Below are positions 1-12,889 of a stretch of DNA of 64,000 nt, piece by piece. Made by a program: the position numbers and the translations under genes. How positions within the stretch are numbered: position 1 is the first letter of the stretch; each line of letters begins with the position of its first letter. The DNA comes from Octopus sinensis (taxonomy: Eukaryota): NCBI RefSeq assembly GCF_006345805.1, contig NC_042999.1, positions 145,514,001 through 145,578,000 on the forward strand, written 5' to 3'. The notes under the pieces are model-generated. The model was not told where the DNA came from, did no database searches, and saw nothing but the letters and a program-made list of their open reading frames with translations.

Positions 1-228
1 ATAACCAGCCCATTCGAGACACGTGTGATTTGAACTGATGCTCTCACAGAATGAAAGAGTCCGGAAGTGAACGCTTAAATTTATATCTAATGTACGATAA
101 AATTTTTTTCGAAAAAAATTATTTTCCAAAAAAATTTTATCAATAGCCAGCATATTAAAAAATACCTTTAAAGGTTAAAATTATAAACAATTCATAAATT
201 TTATTTATGAATTGTGTATATATATATG

Positions 229-273
<45 letters not shown>

Positions 274-321
274 GGGTATATATGTATATATATATATGTA
301 TGTATGTGTGTGTGTGTGTGT

Positions 322-533
322 TGGTTTCAAATTTTGGCCAACACTAGAAATTTCGGGACAGAAGGTAAGTCGATTACTTGGGCCAAGTGAACAACTGGTA
401 CTTATTTTATCGATAACGCAAGGGTGAAAAGCTAAGTCGACCTCGGCGGAATTTGAACTCAGAACGGAAAGACAGACGACATGTCAATAAGCAATTTTGC
501 CGGTCTGCCAGCAATCCTGCGAAGTCTTCGCCT
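322..533 (-). mobile_element. tRNA-derived SINE family A, degenerate copy
   Basis: Contains actggtacttattttatcga...gtcgacctcggcggaatttgaactcagaac, the reverse complement of a B-box (GAGTTCAAATTCC) plus the central domain; many copies in the window. Confidence 0.85.
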
Positions 534-599
534 CTCACACCCACACACCCTAAAGTCTATTTCTACGACGAGTTATAATAAAAATAATACTTTTCGTGG

Positions 600-1180
600 A
601 ATATATACTGTATTTTACAAGAGCTGTGATAGTGACTTCGAAGTTTCGGTTTGCTAGCCTTCTGACGGTGCTACATTTAGGTTCATCCTTGCTTTATATA
701 TTATCTGGTAAATTTGGTCTCCTGGGGTAGGTGGAGCTATTTTGCATGATCATTACGTTGTAGCGTAAGTTCTGATGGAAAGATATTATAGGTTCTTACT
801 TAAGACAGACGTGTATTATGATTTAGATTTCAGTCATGCGAGTCATACTTTGTAATCGTGTCTATTTAGGTGTGTAGGCTTGTCTTTTTAGGGTTCACAA
901 AAGGCTGTAAGTAGGCGAAAAGGTTAGTTGATCAGCAGATGTGTTACTAGATTTGTTGGGACAATCTTTGGAAGATTTAACCTATTTGCTTTGGGATGGT
1001 GGAGGTTATTGTGCAGATTTCAGTCAAGCATGTAAAATTTTATAATTTAGTCATCTCGTTTTCATAAAAGAATGTAAGTAGGTGGAAATGTTAGTAGGTC
1101 AGTGGATTTCTAACTAGATTAATCAGCTATTTTCACCTATTCTTTATACATCCCCATCCAACTCATATTACAGATCCTTT
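600..1180 (-). mobile_element. Probable degraded Penelope-like 3' UTR/terminus
   Basis: Minus strand at 631-674 has a degenerate hammerhead-like motif (aggctagcaaacc-GAAA-cttcgaag-TC); no protein motif recognised. Confidence 0.35.
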
Positions 1181-1194
1181 ACATAACACTACAC

Positions 1195-1361
1195 CAGGCG
1201 TGGCTGTAGGGCAAAACGCTAGCTTCATAACCACATGGTTCCGCGTTCAGTTCCGTTGCATGTCACCTTGGGCAACTAACTTCTACTATAGCCTCAGGCC
1301 GACAAATATCTTGTGAGTGGATTTGGTAGGCGGAAACTGAAAGGAGCCGTCGTATATATAC

Positions 1362-1392
<31 letters not shown>

Positions 1393-1398
1393 CATATG

Positions 1399-1460
<62 letters not shown>

Positions 1461-1664
1461 TGTGTGACTGTGTTTGTCCCGCCACCATCACTTGATAATC
1501 GATGTTGGTGTGTCTACGTCCCTGTAACAAAGCGGTTCGACAGAAAAGACAGACAGAATAAGTACCAGGCTTACAAAGAATAAGTTCAGGGGGTCGATTT
1601 CTTCGAATAAAATGTGGTGTTCCAGCATGGCTACAGCCAGTTGACTGAAACAAGTAAAAGAATA
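1195..1664 (+). mobile_element. Composite tRNA-derived SINE family B (head, internal microsatellite, tail)
   Basis: Head ggcgtggctgtagggc...ggttccgcgttcagttcc...caccttgggcaa; internal (AT)n/(GT)n; tail ending gactgaaacaagtaaaagaata; same layout at 28985-29375 and 35710-36014. Confidence 0.85.
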
Positions 1665-1734
1665 CTTTTGTATATACACCTTGCTATAAGTCTGATATTC
1701 AAACGTGTTAAATTATTCATTGTATTTGTGTAAA

Positions 1735-1904
1735 TGTATGTGTTTGTATGTATGTATGCATGTATGTATGTATGTATGTATGTATGTATGTATGTATGTA
1801 TGTATGTATGTATGTGTGTGTGTGTATGTATGTATGTATGTATGTATGTATTTATGTATGTATGTATGTATGTATTTATGTATGTATGTATGTATGCATG
1901 TATG

Positions 1905-1938
<34 letters not shown>

Positions 1939-2030
1939 TGTATGTATGTATGTATGTATGTATGTATGTATGCATGCATGCATGCATGTATGTATGTATG
2001 TATGCATGCATGTGTGTATGTATGTGTGGA
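1735..2030. repeat. (ATGT)n microsatellite
   Basis: Direct reading; source of the MYVC/HTYI ORFs. Confidence 0.97.
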
Positions 2031-2711
2031 AATACGTGTGTGGCTGCTTGTATGTGTACGTGTTTAGAATAAAGTAAAAGCGTGAATACGAAAATATTTA
2101 ATGCTCTTATAATTTCGATGTAATACAAGATTTATAAATTCATATTTTTTATGAAATTATAATGTTTTATGATATAAAGTTTTTATTCAGACACAAAAAG
2201 GTTTCGCAAAAAGTAATATAGCATTATATGTAAATTATTATAGTGTTCAATGATTCCCCGGTATTTTACTGAAATATTTCCGTGTTTTGTTTGTTCATTG
2301 AGAAAAGTTTTTAATGCTATCGTTCAAAAATTGGAAGCGTGTAACCTGAAGTCGCTGTTAGTGAATAATTCTAAACAAAATGGATTGAACTATTTTCTCT
2401 CCTTATTGCTTGTGCTAGTTTTAGAAGCAAAATACAATAAACATACATACATAAAAACTTTCCTGAAGTTTATCCTTTAAATATATATGAGCGTGTAGCA
2501 TGAGAATACATGTATAAGGCAAAATATACAAATCTATACATATATATATACACACAAACAAAAATATGTTGATGTTAAAGTTCTAATGAAGGAGACGTGA
2601 ATCTAGGTTAAAGACCGGCTCTGTCTCTTTTGGCAAGAACTCTTGAAATAAAACTGAAAAATGACATACATACATCCGTACGTACATACATACATACATA
2701 CATACATACAT

Positions 2712-2750
<39 letters not shown>

Positions 2751-2988
2751 CTTACACAAATACATGCAATCATTAAATATCTCGTTTAAACGAACGAAAA
2801 TTGTGCTATCTACTTTGATATGTGTCTACCTATATCATGTAAGTAGGTTTTCTGCCCTATATTTCTCATTACAGACGGCTCTAGCTATATTCTCAAATTT
2901 AGGATAAAATATTTCTGCTTGGTGTTTAAAAGATCCTCTTTGCTCTGTCGTCTGTTACCAGTTGATTTATGCACAAAGCTTTCGTTAG

Positions 2989-3185
2989 ATTGGTTTCAAA
3001 TTTTGGCACAAGTTTAGTAATCTAGCGGAGGAGTTAAGTCTATTTCATCGACCTCAGTACTTAACTGGTACTTATTTCATCGGCCTAAAAAGGATGAAAG
3101 GCAAAGTAGACCTCGGTTGAATATGAACTCAGAACGTAAAAACGGGCGAAATGCCGCTAAATATTTTGCCCAGCATGCTGCCCTA
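2989..3185 (-). mobile_element. SINE family A copy
   Basis: ttggtttcaaattttggcacaag...aaggatgaaaggcaaagtagacctcgg...gaactcagaacg. Confidence 0.85.
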
Positions 3186-3394
3186 AGATATCTTCTTCAG
3201 ATCTGCAATAAACCAACCGAGAAAGAAAAGGAAGGAAGTTGGTTAATGTGGATTCATTAGAGAATTAAGTCACTTATATTAAGTCATCGACCTTAAGCCA
3301 TTGCTGTCTCGTCCAACAGGGGTGAATGGTATTCATAGCCAGTAAAGAAATCTGATACCATACTACTCGTTATGGTCAGTGGTAGACTTTGCCT

Positions 3395-3785
3395 GCTGGC
3401 AGAAATGTTAGCACGCCGAGGGAAATGCTAAGCAGTATTTCGTCTGCCGCTACGTTCTGAGTTCAAATTCTGCCGAGGTCGACTTTGCCTTTCATCCTTT
3501 CGGGGTCGATTAAATAAGTACAAGTTACGCACTGGGGTCGATATAATCAACTTAATCCGTTTGTCTGTCATTGTTCGTCCCCTCTGTGTGTAGCCCCTTG
3601 TGGGTAGTAAAGAAATAGGTATTTCGTCTGTCGTTACGTTCTAAGTTCAAATTCCGCCGAAGTCGACTTCACCGTTCATCCTTTCGTGGTCGATAAATTA
3701 ACTACCACTCGCGTACTGGGGTCGATCTAATTGATTGTTCCCTACCTTCAAAGTTTCGGGCTTTGTGCCTAGAGTAGAAAAGATT
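3395..3785 (+). mobile_element. Two adjacent SINE family A copies (second lacks its 5' head)
   Basis: ctggcagaaatgttagcacgcc...gagttcaaattctgccgaggtcgactttgcctttcatcctttcggggtcga, with the body repeated from ~3620. Confidence 0.85.
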
Positions 3786-4024
3786 TCGCTGACCACAACT
3801 GTATTTTGAAAACAATTGTCGAGGGTAAGTACTTAAATATACAAAACAATTGGCATCTAGGAAACTACTAGTTCTTTAAGCCGAAAGTAACAAAATGTAT
3901 TTGCTACAAATGAAGCTCAACATAAACAGTTTATATTTAAAGTTAAGAATTAGTTATCAGGTATAATGGCTACTACTACTACTACTACTACAAAAACAAC
4001 AACAACACCAACTATTACTACTAC

Positions 4025-4506
4025 TGGTTTCAAATTGTACTTCAAGGCCAGCAAAAAGTCCTTTCTCTTGGAGGTGTAAGGCCTCAAATTTGTGAAGAGG
4101 GGACTAGTCGATTACATCGACCCCATGTTTCACTGGTATTTAATTTATCGACTCCGAAAGGATGAAAGGCAAAGTCGACCTCGGCGGAATTTGAAGTCAG
4201 AACGTAAAGACGGACGAAATGCCGCAAAACATTTTCCCCAGCGTGCTAAAGATTCTGCTAGCTCACCGCCTCCAGTAATAAAAATTGTAATCATTTTTTG
4301 CTACACGCACAAGACCTGAAATTTGTGGGGAGAGGACTATTCGATTACATCGCCCCCAGTGTTTCACTGGTACTTAATTTATCCACACCGAAAGGATGAA
4401 AGGCAGTGACGCCCTCGGCAGAATTTTAACGCAGAACATAAAACGGGTCGAAATGCCGCTAAGCATTTCTCCCGGCGTGCTACCTATTGTGCCAGCTCAC
4501 CGCCTT
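4025..4506 (-). mobile_element. Two tandem SINE family A copies (4025-4272, 4290-4506)
   Basis: Both end in gccagctcaccgcc / ctagctcaccgcc (head) and carry the gaaaggatgaaaggca core. Confidence 0.85.
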
Positions 4507-4534
4507 TGTGCCAATGATAATAATAATAATAATA

Positions 4535-4565
<31 letters not shown>

Positions 4566-4578
4566 CAACAACAACAAA

Positions 4579-5285
4579 ATGAAATCATTGATCATGTTGT
4601 CTCCAAGTGCAGTCTTCTAGCGCCTACAGAGTATCTCAACAGGCATGATAGAGCTGCACAATATATTCACTGGGTAATCTACAAAAACCTGAATTTGCCC
4701 CATGAAAAAAACTGGTGGGAACACAAACCACCTCCAGTGCTTGAAAATGACACATCTCACTCCTCTGGAACTTCCCCATTCAAACTGACAGAAAGATAGA
4801 TGCAAATAGGCCAGACATCATATTGAAAGACTTCAAACAAAGAACATGCCTCCTCATTGATATGACTGTCCCAATCGATATAAACGTATCTGTCAAGACC
4901 TACCAAAAACTGAGCAAATATAAAGATCTTGAAATAGAAATCAGCAAAATGTGGAACCTGAAGACTAAAACAATACCTGTTGTCATAGGTGCCCTGGGAA
5001 TGATAGCAAAAGGGGACTGATAGCTACCTAACTCAGATACCAGGAAACCCCAAAATGGCAGAAATTCAAAAGATAGTGCTCATGGGAACTGCTCATATCC
5101 TACGCAAAATACTTTCTATGTAACTTTCTTTTCTTTTATTTTTAGGCATTTACTAGTACAACACTAAATACAAAACCAAATATATGGCACACGAGGCGTA
5201 CGAACTTCCACCCTGTTGCCTCTTGATGTCTCTGGGTGAGACTTGGAGCCAACTTGTACAAATATAAAGCAAAAGTCAAACATAG
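4579..5285 (+). mobile_element. 5'-truncated R4/Dong-like non-LTR retrotransposon: zinc-finger end, REL endonuclease, 3' UTR
   Basis: Translates IDHVVSKCSLLAPTEYLNRHD...NRPDIILKD...LIDMTVP...KLSKYKDL...GTAHILRKILSM* (stop 5121-5123) with frameshifts; (AAT)n on both sides. Confidence 0.9.
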
Positions 5286-5340
5286 AATAATAATAATAAT
5301 AATAATGATGATGATGCTGATGATGCTGATGATGGTGATA

Positions 5341-5373
<33 letters not shown>

Positions 5374-5442
5374 GTGATGACGATGATGATGATGATGATG
5401 ATGATGATGAGGAGGAGGAGGAGGAGGATGATGATAACGACG
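5286..5442. repeat. Compound (AAT)n-(ATG)n-(AGG)n microsatellite
   Basis: Direct reading. Confidence 0.95.
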
Positions 5443-6100
5443 ATTTCTTTTATATGTCACCACGGCGAAGGATGTCGGGTTCAATACAAAGACATACATA
5501 AAGTGCTTACATATCATGAAATGTTGAAAGAAATAAATAACAAAAAAGGGGACTAAGTATACACAGTATACAATGAAAAGAAAGGTATATACTATGTGTA
5601 TATACACATAGTATACAGAGATAAAAAAAAGGAGACATGAGTATGATGTAGTCTTTCTGACACAAGAGGACCGCTAGGGATAATTGATGAACCCCGCTGT
5701 CCAAGATCTCCCTGAATACCAAGAGCAAGTGTCTTCTCCAATTCCCTTTCTCCGACTCACAGGTCTACACTTAGAGCAGAACCATCCACTCTTGCCATTT
5801 TCACAACTTTCACTAACCTTTCAATAATCTCACTCAAGGACAGCACCTCCCTCTCCACCCTTACTTTCCTTTTCAAGGGAAACTTGAGAAAGTCGATGTT
5901 GCCTCTACCATAAAGGAATGTATCTGTCCTCATGCGTTTCAACCTCGTGCTCTAGACAACCTCTTTCGCCTCAACCACCAAGTAAAGGAAAACTGCCTTA
6001 CCTACCCGATTAAAGGAGGGCGGCGTGTCAATCATCACTATGGATTCAGCCAATTAACGGATCCGTGTTACACGCAACAGCAGCTGTTCCGCATAACCCC
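5443..6100 (-). mobile_element. 3' end of an L1/Tx1-like LINE (ORF2 C-terminus and 3' UTR)
   Basis: Minus frame GKAVFLYLVVEAKEVV*STRLKRMRTDTFLYG...KRKVRVEREVLS...MARVDGSALSVDL*, then a U-rich UTR ending ataaaagaaat; clade assignment from recalled similarity. Confidence 0.6.
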
Positions 6101-6146
6101 ACAATAATAATGATGATTTGGTAACTAAAAGATAAAACTAATTAAA

Positions 6147-6323
6147 TGATCAATATTGAGCAGTATACTTTACAACGTAGGGAACACTAGATGTGAACTT
6201 TGCCACAAGAGTCAATATTAATCCTTACGCCGGAGTATAATATCGTGAATAAAGCACGTAAACTAACTGTAAGATGTAAACATTTTTCTAACAAAACCTT
6301 TAAATCACTCAATGGATAAATAA
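6147..6323 (+). mobile_element. Penelope-like C-terminal fragment
   Basis: (W)SILSSILYNVGNTRCELCHK/ILILTPEYNIVNKARKLTVRCKH matches the PLE W..L....Y..G...C.LC..EK..I....LNKR.E...KCRH pattern, with a frameshift. Confidence 0.6.
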
Positions 6324-7321
6324 GCATTTTGAACACTTAGATATGGTAACTCCCGTATACCTTCCTGGTCCAATAGTTTACAGCTAATAGCATATTTATA
6401 TTGTATGTTGATTGTCAACCCTTTTCTCTATTTATTATGATTATGAGATATCCATTTTATTTTTCCTATACCTCCTATTATTTCCATTTATATTATTTTT
6501 ATTGATTTTGTGTTTGTTCAATCTTCTTTTAGAACTTACTTTATTTAATCTACCATTCTCCTTAAGAATTATATCCTAATCTTATTATTGTTTTGATAAT
6601 TATATCTCAGTCATATATTTTAGGATCATATTTTAGTCTTAGTCTTATTGTTTACCAGTTATGGTTTATTTATGATCAACACAAATAATATGCTACATCA
6701 GACTTGTGTCCTAGAACAGATGAAAACACAGTTAAAACCCTGAAAACAATAAATATGAATCGTTGATCCAGTGAAAATAAACACCAGTGAAATGATGGTG
6801 AAACTCTCTCTTACTCATATTTTGGATATACTACTGAGTGAAAGGGTGGAGGGAGTCTATGTCTGCTTGCGACTGCATAGGCACCTAAAACAATTAATGA
6901 ATGAATGTACGTTACCATTCATCATACAACCATTTTAAACTATGAGCTCATATAAAAACAGTACTCAATGCGTTACAGATACAGTCAAAAATGATATTTA
7001 TTAATAAAGATAATTTTATTAACTCCATGATTCCGAGACGTGTAAGAAACATATATTTCCTGTCTAGAGCAATGTTATTTAAATGACTAATTAAATGTAT
7101 TTGTATATAGATTTATCGTTACTTAGTATATATATATAAAGTGAATAAAACTACCAATTTAAAGGCATCTATGCGATGAAAAAAATATCGGAAGAATACA
7201 GTCGAAAGAAATTTCTCGCACATTTTTACATGTCTATATGAGTGTTTGTGTTGTGTGTGTGTGTGTGTGTGTGTGTTTGTGTGCGTGCGTGATGTGTGTG
7301 TGTGTGTTTGTGTGCGTGTGT

Positions 7322-7363
<42 letters not shown>

Positions 7364-7393
7364 CATGTTGTACATGTTAATATATCTAGTTTT

Positions 7394-7572
7394 AAGGCGA
7401 TAAGCTGGCGGAGTCGTTAGCACGCCGGGCGAAATAGTGGCGTTTCGTCTGTCTTCACGTTTTGAGTTCAAATTCCACCAAGGTCCACTTTGCTTTTATC
7501 CTTTCCGTGGGGCGATGCAGTCGACTTACCCCTCCCCCAAAACTGCTGGCCTTGTGCCCAAATTTGAAATCA
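7394..7572 (+). mobile_element. SINE family A copy
   Basis: aaggcgataagctggcggagtcgttagcacgccgggcg...gagttcaaattccacc. Confidence 0.85.
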
Positions 7573-9846
7573 GTTTAATATCTAATTTTTCTGGCAGCCT
7601 TTATTCATAACTTAAGAACGGCAAAGACAAATATACGCCTAGTTACCAAGTGTATGGTTATTTTCTAAAACTTGAATACGCTTTTTTATTCATTATGGCA
7701 GGTCAGGTGTGAACACTTCAGATTTATTTACTCACCAGCAAATTGAGTATACATCAAGCATTTGTTGAGAAATTCAGAAATAAAATTGTAGAAATGAATA
7801 TTATCTGGCAACTGAAAGCTAAAACACTTACCACACAGCTACGCCTGTGCCAACATGTACGGGATAGTTGTTTTTCGCTTATGGGAAAAATGGTAAAATA
7901 AGGGCGAATATTTATTTTATGAGTGCTTTGTATTAAGTTTATAAATTTGTGCATATAGGATTTAAAGTGTATATATAAAGTGCATTAAGTAATCATCGTA
8001 TTCCAATTTCTTTCACTTTTCAATGAGTTGCAGATTATCGACTAATTTTCCATACAGACACAACATAGGTTTCAGGTCTTTTGGATAAAGTTTCAGCAAT
8101 ATCCCAATAGGATTATCATTAATTCCCTGAAATATTCACGGGTTCCGCGACTGTAATGAATTGCAGGATTCGGTGTATTACGGGTTTTAACTCTCGAGTT
8201 GCTGTGCATGCAACACTTAAGAAAATATACTAACGTTAAGTTATTTCGGAACCAAATGTGTTCTATTCTTCTTGCTGCTGTGGTAAAGCAACAGAAAACT
8301 TCCCTGCCAACTAACAATATAGTTTATATCTTGAGAAAAATCGAAGCAAAATATAAAGATTACACTATATTTTCACCAAGGCAAAAAGAGACAATATTCT
8401 CTTATACTGTTATAAAGCGGTCTTTTGCCACTGTTGTATTTGTCTTTGCACGAGGGTTGTCGCTCTGACAGATATTGTTATATTCCGAGGTCATCGACAG
8501 AATGTTTCTATCTGGCAATCTACGACCCCCAGTCGTACAGTGCTATTATCCTGAAAAAATTGGATCATTATAACGTCCACTCAATATCACAGTATAGTTA
8601 CTATATTAGCACAGACACTACTATCAACACAGTCTACACGTACTCTCTCGATACTGGCCGATGTCACCTTACTTATTGTGACTGCCTCCTTCCACTTGTC
8701 ATGTCGGAGGGGTGTACCATTATTATGAATTCGCTACAACATATACTAACTGCATAAGAAAATTATTTTTGTGCCTATAGTATAGAGTTAATTAAATTGT
8801 CACAGGTACATATTGACATTTTATTATTTTTATTGAATTTTATTTGATGAAATCAGTAATATTCCTTTGGATTTACACCCAAGGCGTCTATTTCGGTTTT
8901 ATGCATGCTTTATCGCTCATAATTATATTCACATACAATTACTACGGTTATCATCAAATGGAGGGTCCTCCCAACTAATCGGCTTTGAGACCAGATTCAG
9001 TGTTTGAAATATTCTCGCTTCATGCACGCCTGCCAAACATGCCAGTCAGCATACAATTCTGTGCTATCGCACACATAGGAATTATGTGTGTTGCCACATG
9101 TAAGCAATGTTAATTACGATAGCAAAAGTTTCCATAAAGAGTAAATTTGCTGCACTGTAGACAATTATACAATCACAGAAATGATAGGTTTTTTGATTCA
9201 AACAATTAAGAACAATTTAAGCTAACCACTATCAATTTTAGGCCGTTTTATCGTGCAATAACTGCTCGTAGATTATGCCAGCTCCACCGCATTTTCTAGA
9301 AATATTTTACTATGTTTATCATATCAGCTCACTTACTGAATGAATGACAAAAATCTTGCTGATATAACCAGGAGAATGTGTGATGAGATTTTCCTATCTT
9401 ATAAACAAATGGTATTTGAAGTCTATCAGGATTTTAAATCAAATACAGACGAACAATGTTGTTATTGTAAACAATCAGTTAAGTTCCATCTCAAAATAGG
9501 CCTGTGGTGGTGCAAAATAAATAACTTCTAACTTACAAACAAAAGATGTTAGAAATTAACTATCAATGTATCGTATTTAATGTAAATATATCGATGAAAG
9601 GAAAATTTAATTAAGTATTCGTCCAGAGTTAAGACATCTTATGGACATATTGTGTTTAAAAAATACAGTATACATCGGAGGGAGACGAAAATCGTCTTAA
9701 CAGCAGTTAGCAAGAACGCCAGATAAATATCGGTCTCGCTTGGCATTGTTAATGGCGTGTACTAATAACCAGCAACAAACTTAGACATAACTTATCATTT
9801 ACGAGAAATAAGAAAACGGCGAAAACCTTTCTCTGCTATACACACA

Positions 9847-9892
<46 letters not shown>

Positions 9893-10011
9893 GTATGTAT
9901 GTATGAATGTATATATATATATATACTTTTCATCATTTTGTGGTGAAGGGGAAAATTCTCTAAATTGCCTTGAAACACAGGTGTGTATGTGAGAGTGTAT
10001 CAGTGTGTGTG

Positions 10012-10051
<40 letters not shown>

Positions 10052-10917
10052 GACAGAGGAGGATGAAGAGAAGGCAAAGGAGAGAAGACATTTTTTTCAC
10101 ACTTTAGGTGAGAGAATTTGACATCAGAAGGAAAGCAAATTTTTCCGTTGCCATATGCTACCTCTCCTTGGCGTTCGCTTTTAAGATAATAATCTCTTTA
10201 TAGAAAATGGAATGTTTTCTTATTCAAACCCAACAATTTCTTTATCGTATGCTGCGTATAAATGCATTTTCAGAAGTTGATATTAAAAGTCTCTCAAATA
10301 ATTAAGGCTTTCAGTATATAAGCAGCAACATCGTAACAGTATTTTCAGGAATTCAAAGGAAATTTTCTTGTTAGAAACTAATGGTGTGGAAGATTGTTTC
10401 AATACTTTTGATATCGCCTTCACTACTGTTTTCACTGGGGAACATTGGAAAACTAGTAATGGAAAAACTACTTTAAGTTTTAGATAAAATAAATATTTTC
10501 AACACTGAAACCACCAGATTTGTTGTTACTAACATAGAGTTCGATTAGTTCAGAGTGACAGCAAATGATAGCTAATAAGTTGATTAAGGTCAACAAGTTA
10601 AGTACCATTTCACAAAACACAGATCCCATTAACTCATATTGTATTATAAAACATTTAGAACTGATAGAGTTTTTCGACAAGGGATCGATTTTACATAATC
10701 TCCTAAAATGCTTTCATCGTGTTGTCGGCGACTGATCTTTCTATCACATTACAGAACAAAGAGATGATTTAATGAAATCTAATTAAATAATGGATTCAGC
10801 TTTTCTGCAAAGCATTTTAGCACGTGAATGGAAAAACAAATGTTTGCAGAAATCAGAAATATACCTTTTTTAACATAGTACAAAAAGACATATATACATG
10901 CGCATATGTATGTATGC

Positions 10918-10983
<66 letters not shown>

Positions 10984-10986
<3 letters not shown>

Positions 10987-11275
10987 CAGGCGTGGCTGTG
11001 TGTTAACAAGCTTGCTACCCAACCACATGGTTCGGTTCAGTTTCACTGCGTGGCACCTTGGGCAAGTGTCTTCTACTATTCTACAATAGCTTCGCGCCGA
11101 CCAAAGCCTTGTCAGTGGATTTGATAGAGGGAAACTGAAAGAAGCCCGTCGTAGTTATATATATATATATATATATATATGCATGTATGTATATATTTGT
11201 GCGCCTGTGTGTGTGTCTCACTACCATTGCTTGACAATCGATGCTGGTGTGTTTACGTCCCCGCAACTTATATCT
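10984..11275 (+). mobile_element. SINE family B (head, (AT)n, partial tail)
   Basis: gcaggcgtggctgtgtgttaacaagcttgctacccaaccacatggttcggttcag...ggcaccttgggcaagtgtcttctac. Confidence 0.85.
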
Positions 11276-11549
11276 GAATGTGTGTGTATGTGCATATGTG
11301 TGTAGTTGCTTAAATATTTGTCTCTGCACACGCACACGCACACGCACACACACACACACACTCACACTCACACACACTCACACACGCACTCAAGCACGCG
11401 CATATAATTCTGGAAGCTTTTCATCTTCCTATTCTAATTTGACTTTTATGTGAAGAAAGCTAGTATCACACATTCCCGTCTGATTTGGACAAAGTGAAGA
11501 CCTACAAAACTCACTTTGACCTGGTTACTTAAGTTTGAACCGATTGCCA

Positions 11550-11609
<60 letters not shown>

Positions 11610-11610
<1 letters not shown>

Positions 11611-12107
11611 CTAGCAGCATAGCCCGGCATTGCCCGGGTATGTAAGAGCCCCTGGAACAGACATGATGCTCGCTGTGAATTAAAAAAAAAATTCCTGCCA
11701 ATTTGTGAAAGATATTGTCGAAAATATGTCATCTTGAATTTGAACGCGATTTCCCAAAATGGCATGATTTTATCGATTTTTTCTGATGGTAAGGTATTGC
11801 ATGGAAAACTAACGTCAGAATTAAGTTTCTTAGGGTAACATTAAGCTTCACCATGAGTTTGGTGAAAATCGATTGCAAGTTGCGAAAACTACAACAGAAA
11901 ATGTGTTGCAAATAAAAAGCTTAGATTCTCGACCCCATGTCGAATTTATCAATTTTTTCAGAACTGGGGAAACTTTTCAAAATTTTCGCTGCGTTAGTTG
12001 TGAATTATGACATTGGGCTATGTGTGTGTCAAGATCATCAGAATCGGTTGAAAGCCGGGGTCAGGATGAGGGTACAACCTGACAGACACACAGACAAACT
12101 GCCGTTT
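11610..12107 (-). mobile_element. Non-autonomous Helitron, copy 1
   Basis: Minus strand ends in hairpin cccgggcaatgccggg, then ctatgctgCTAG|t (canonical Helitron 3' end); the 5' end merges into (TA)n. Confidence 0.75.
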
Positions 12108-12115
12108 ATATATAT

Positions 12116-12164
<49 letters not shown>

Positions 12165-12166
<2 letters not shown>

Positions 12167-12657
12167 TAGCAGCATAGCCGGCATTGCCGGGTATGTAAGA
12201 GCCCCTGGAACAGACATGATGCTCGCTGTGAATTAAAAAAAAAATTCCTGCCAATTTGTGAAAGATATTGTCGAAAATATGTCATCTTGAATTTGAACGC
12301 GATTTCCCAAAATGGCATGATTTTATCGATTTTTTCTGATGGTAAAGTATTGCATGGAAAACTAACGTCAGAATTAAGTTTCTTAGGGTAACATTAAGCT
12401 TCACCATGAGTTTGGTGAAAATCGATTGCAAGTTGCGAAAACTACAACAGAAAATGTGTTGCAAATAAAAAGCTTAGATTCTCGACCCCATGTCGAATTT
12501 ATCAATTTTTTTCAGAACTGGGGAAACTTTTCAAAATTTTCGCTGCGTTAGTTGTGAATTATGACATTGGGCTATGTGTGTGTCAAGATCATCAGAATCG
12601 GTTGAAAGCCGGGGTCAGGATGAGGGTACAACCTGACAGACACACAGACAAACTGCC

Positions 12658-12661
<4 letters not shown>
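12165..12661 (-). mobile_element. Non-autonomous Helitron, copy 2 (near-identical tandem copy)
   Basis: Matches 11610-12107 apart from one visible substitution and a few 1-bp indels. Confidence 0.75.
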
Positions 12662-12701
<40 letters not shown>

Positions 12702-12839
12702 CGGAGATGTACTCGCATAGCAAGTAATTTGATCTGAGATCGTGTGCTGAAACGAAAACAATTGCAGCGTGGAAGGTGTTTATAAGCCATTTAAGAAACA
12801 CACAAAAGCCGTTCGATTCACTCCAACATTTAAGTTTAA

Positions 12840-12889
12840 TTTGTCAAAATATTTTCGTCGCTAAAATCCGCGACCTGTTCACTGACAAA
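12840..12889 (-). ncRNA. Candidate minimal type I hammerhead ribozyme, G3:C8 core variant
   Basis: Reverse complement of 15031-15080; same sense as, and downstream of, the GIY-YIG ORF. Confidence 0.6.

Noticed and set aside
1294-2128. Numerous 60-175 aa ORFs such as MYVCMYVC, HTHTHT, IYIYIY (here and throughout the window)
   Set aside because: They are translations of microsatellites lacking stop codons, not proteins.
8425-9531. ORFs in unique-looking DNA (8425-8757, 9340-9531)
   Set aside because: No motifs; lengths are compatible with chance.
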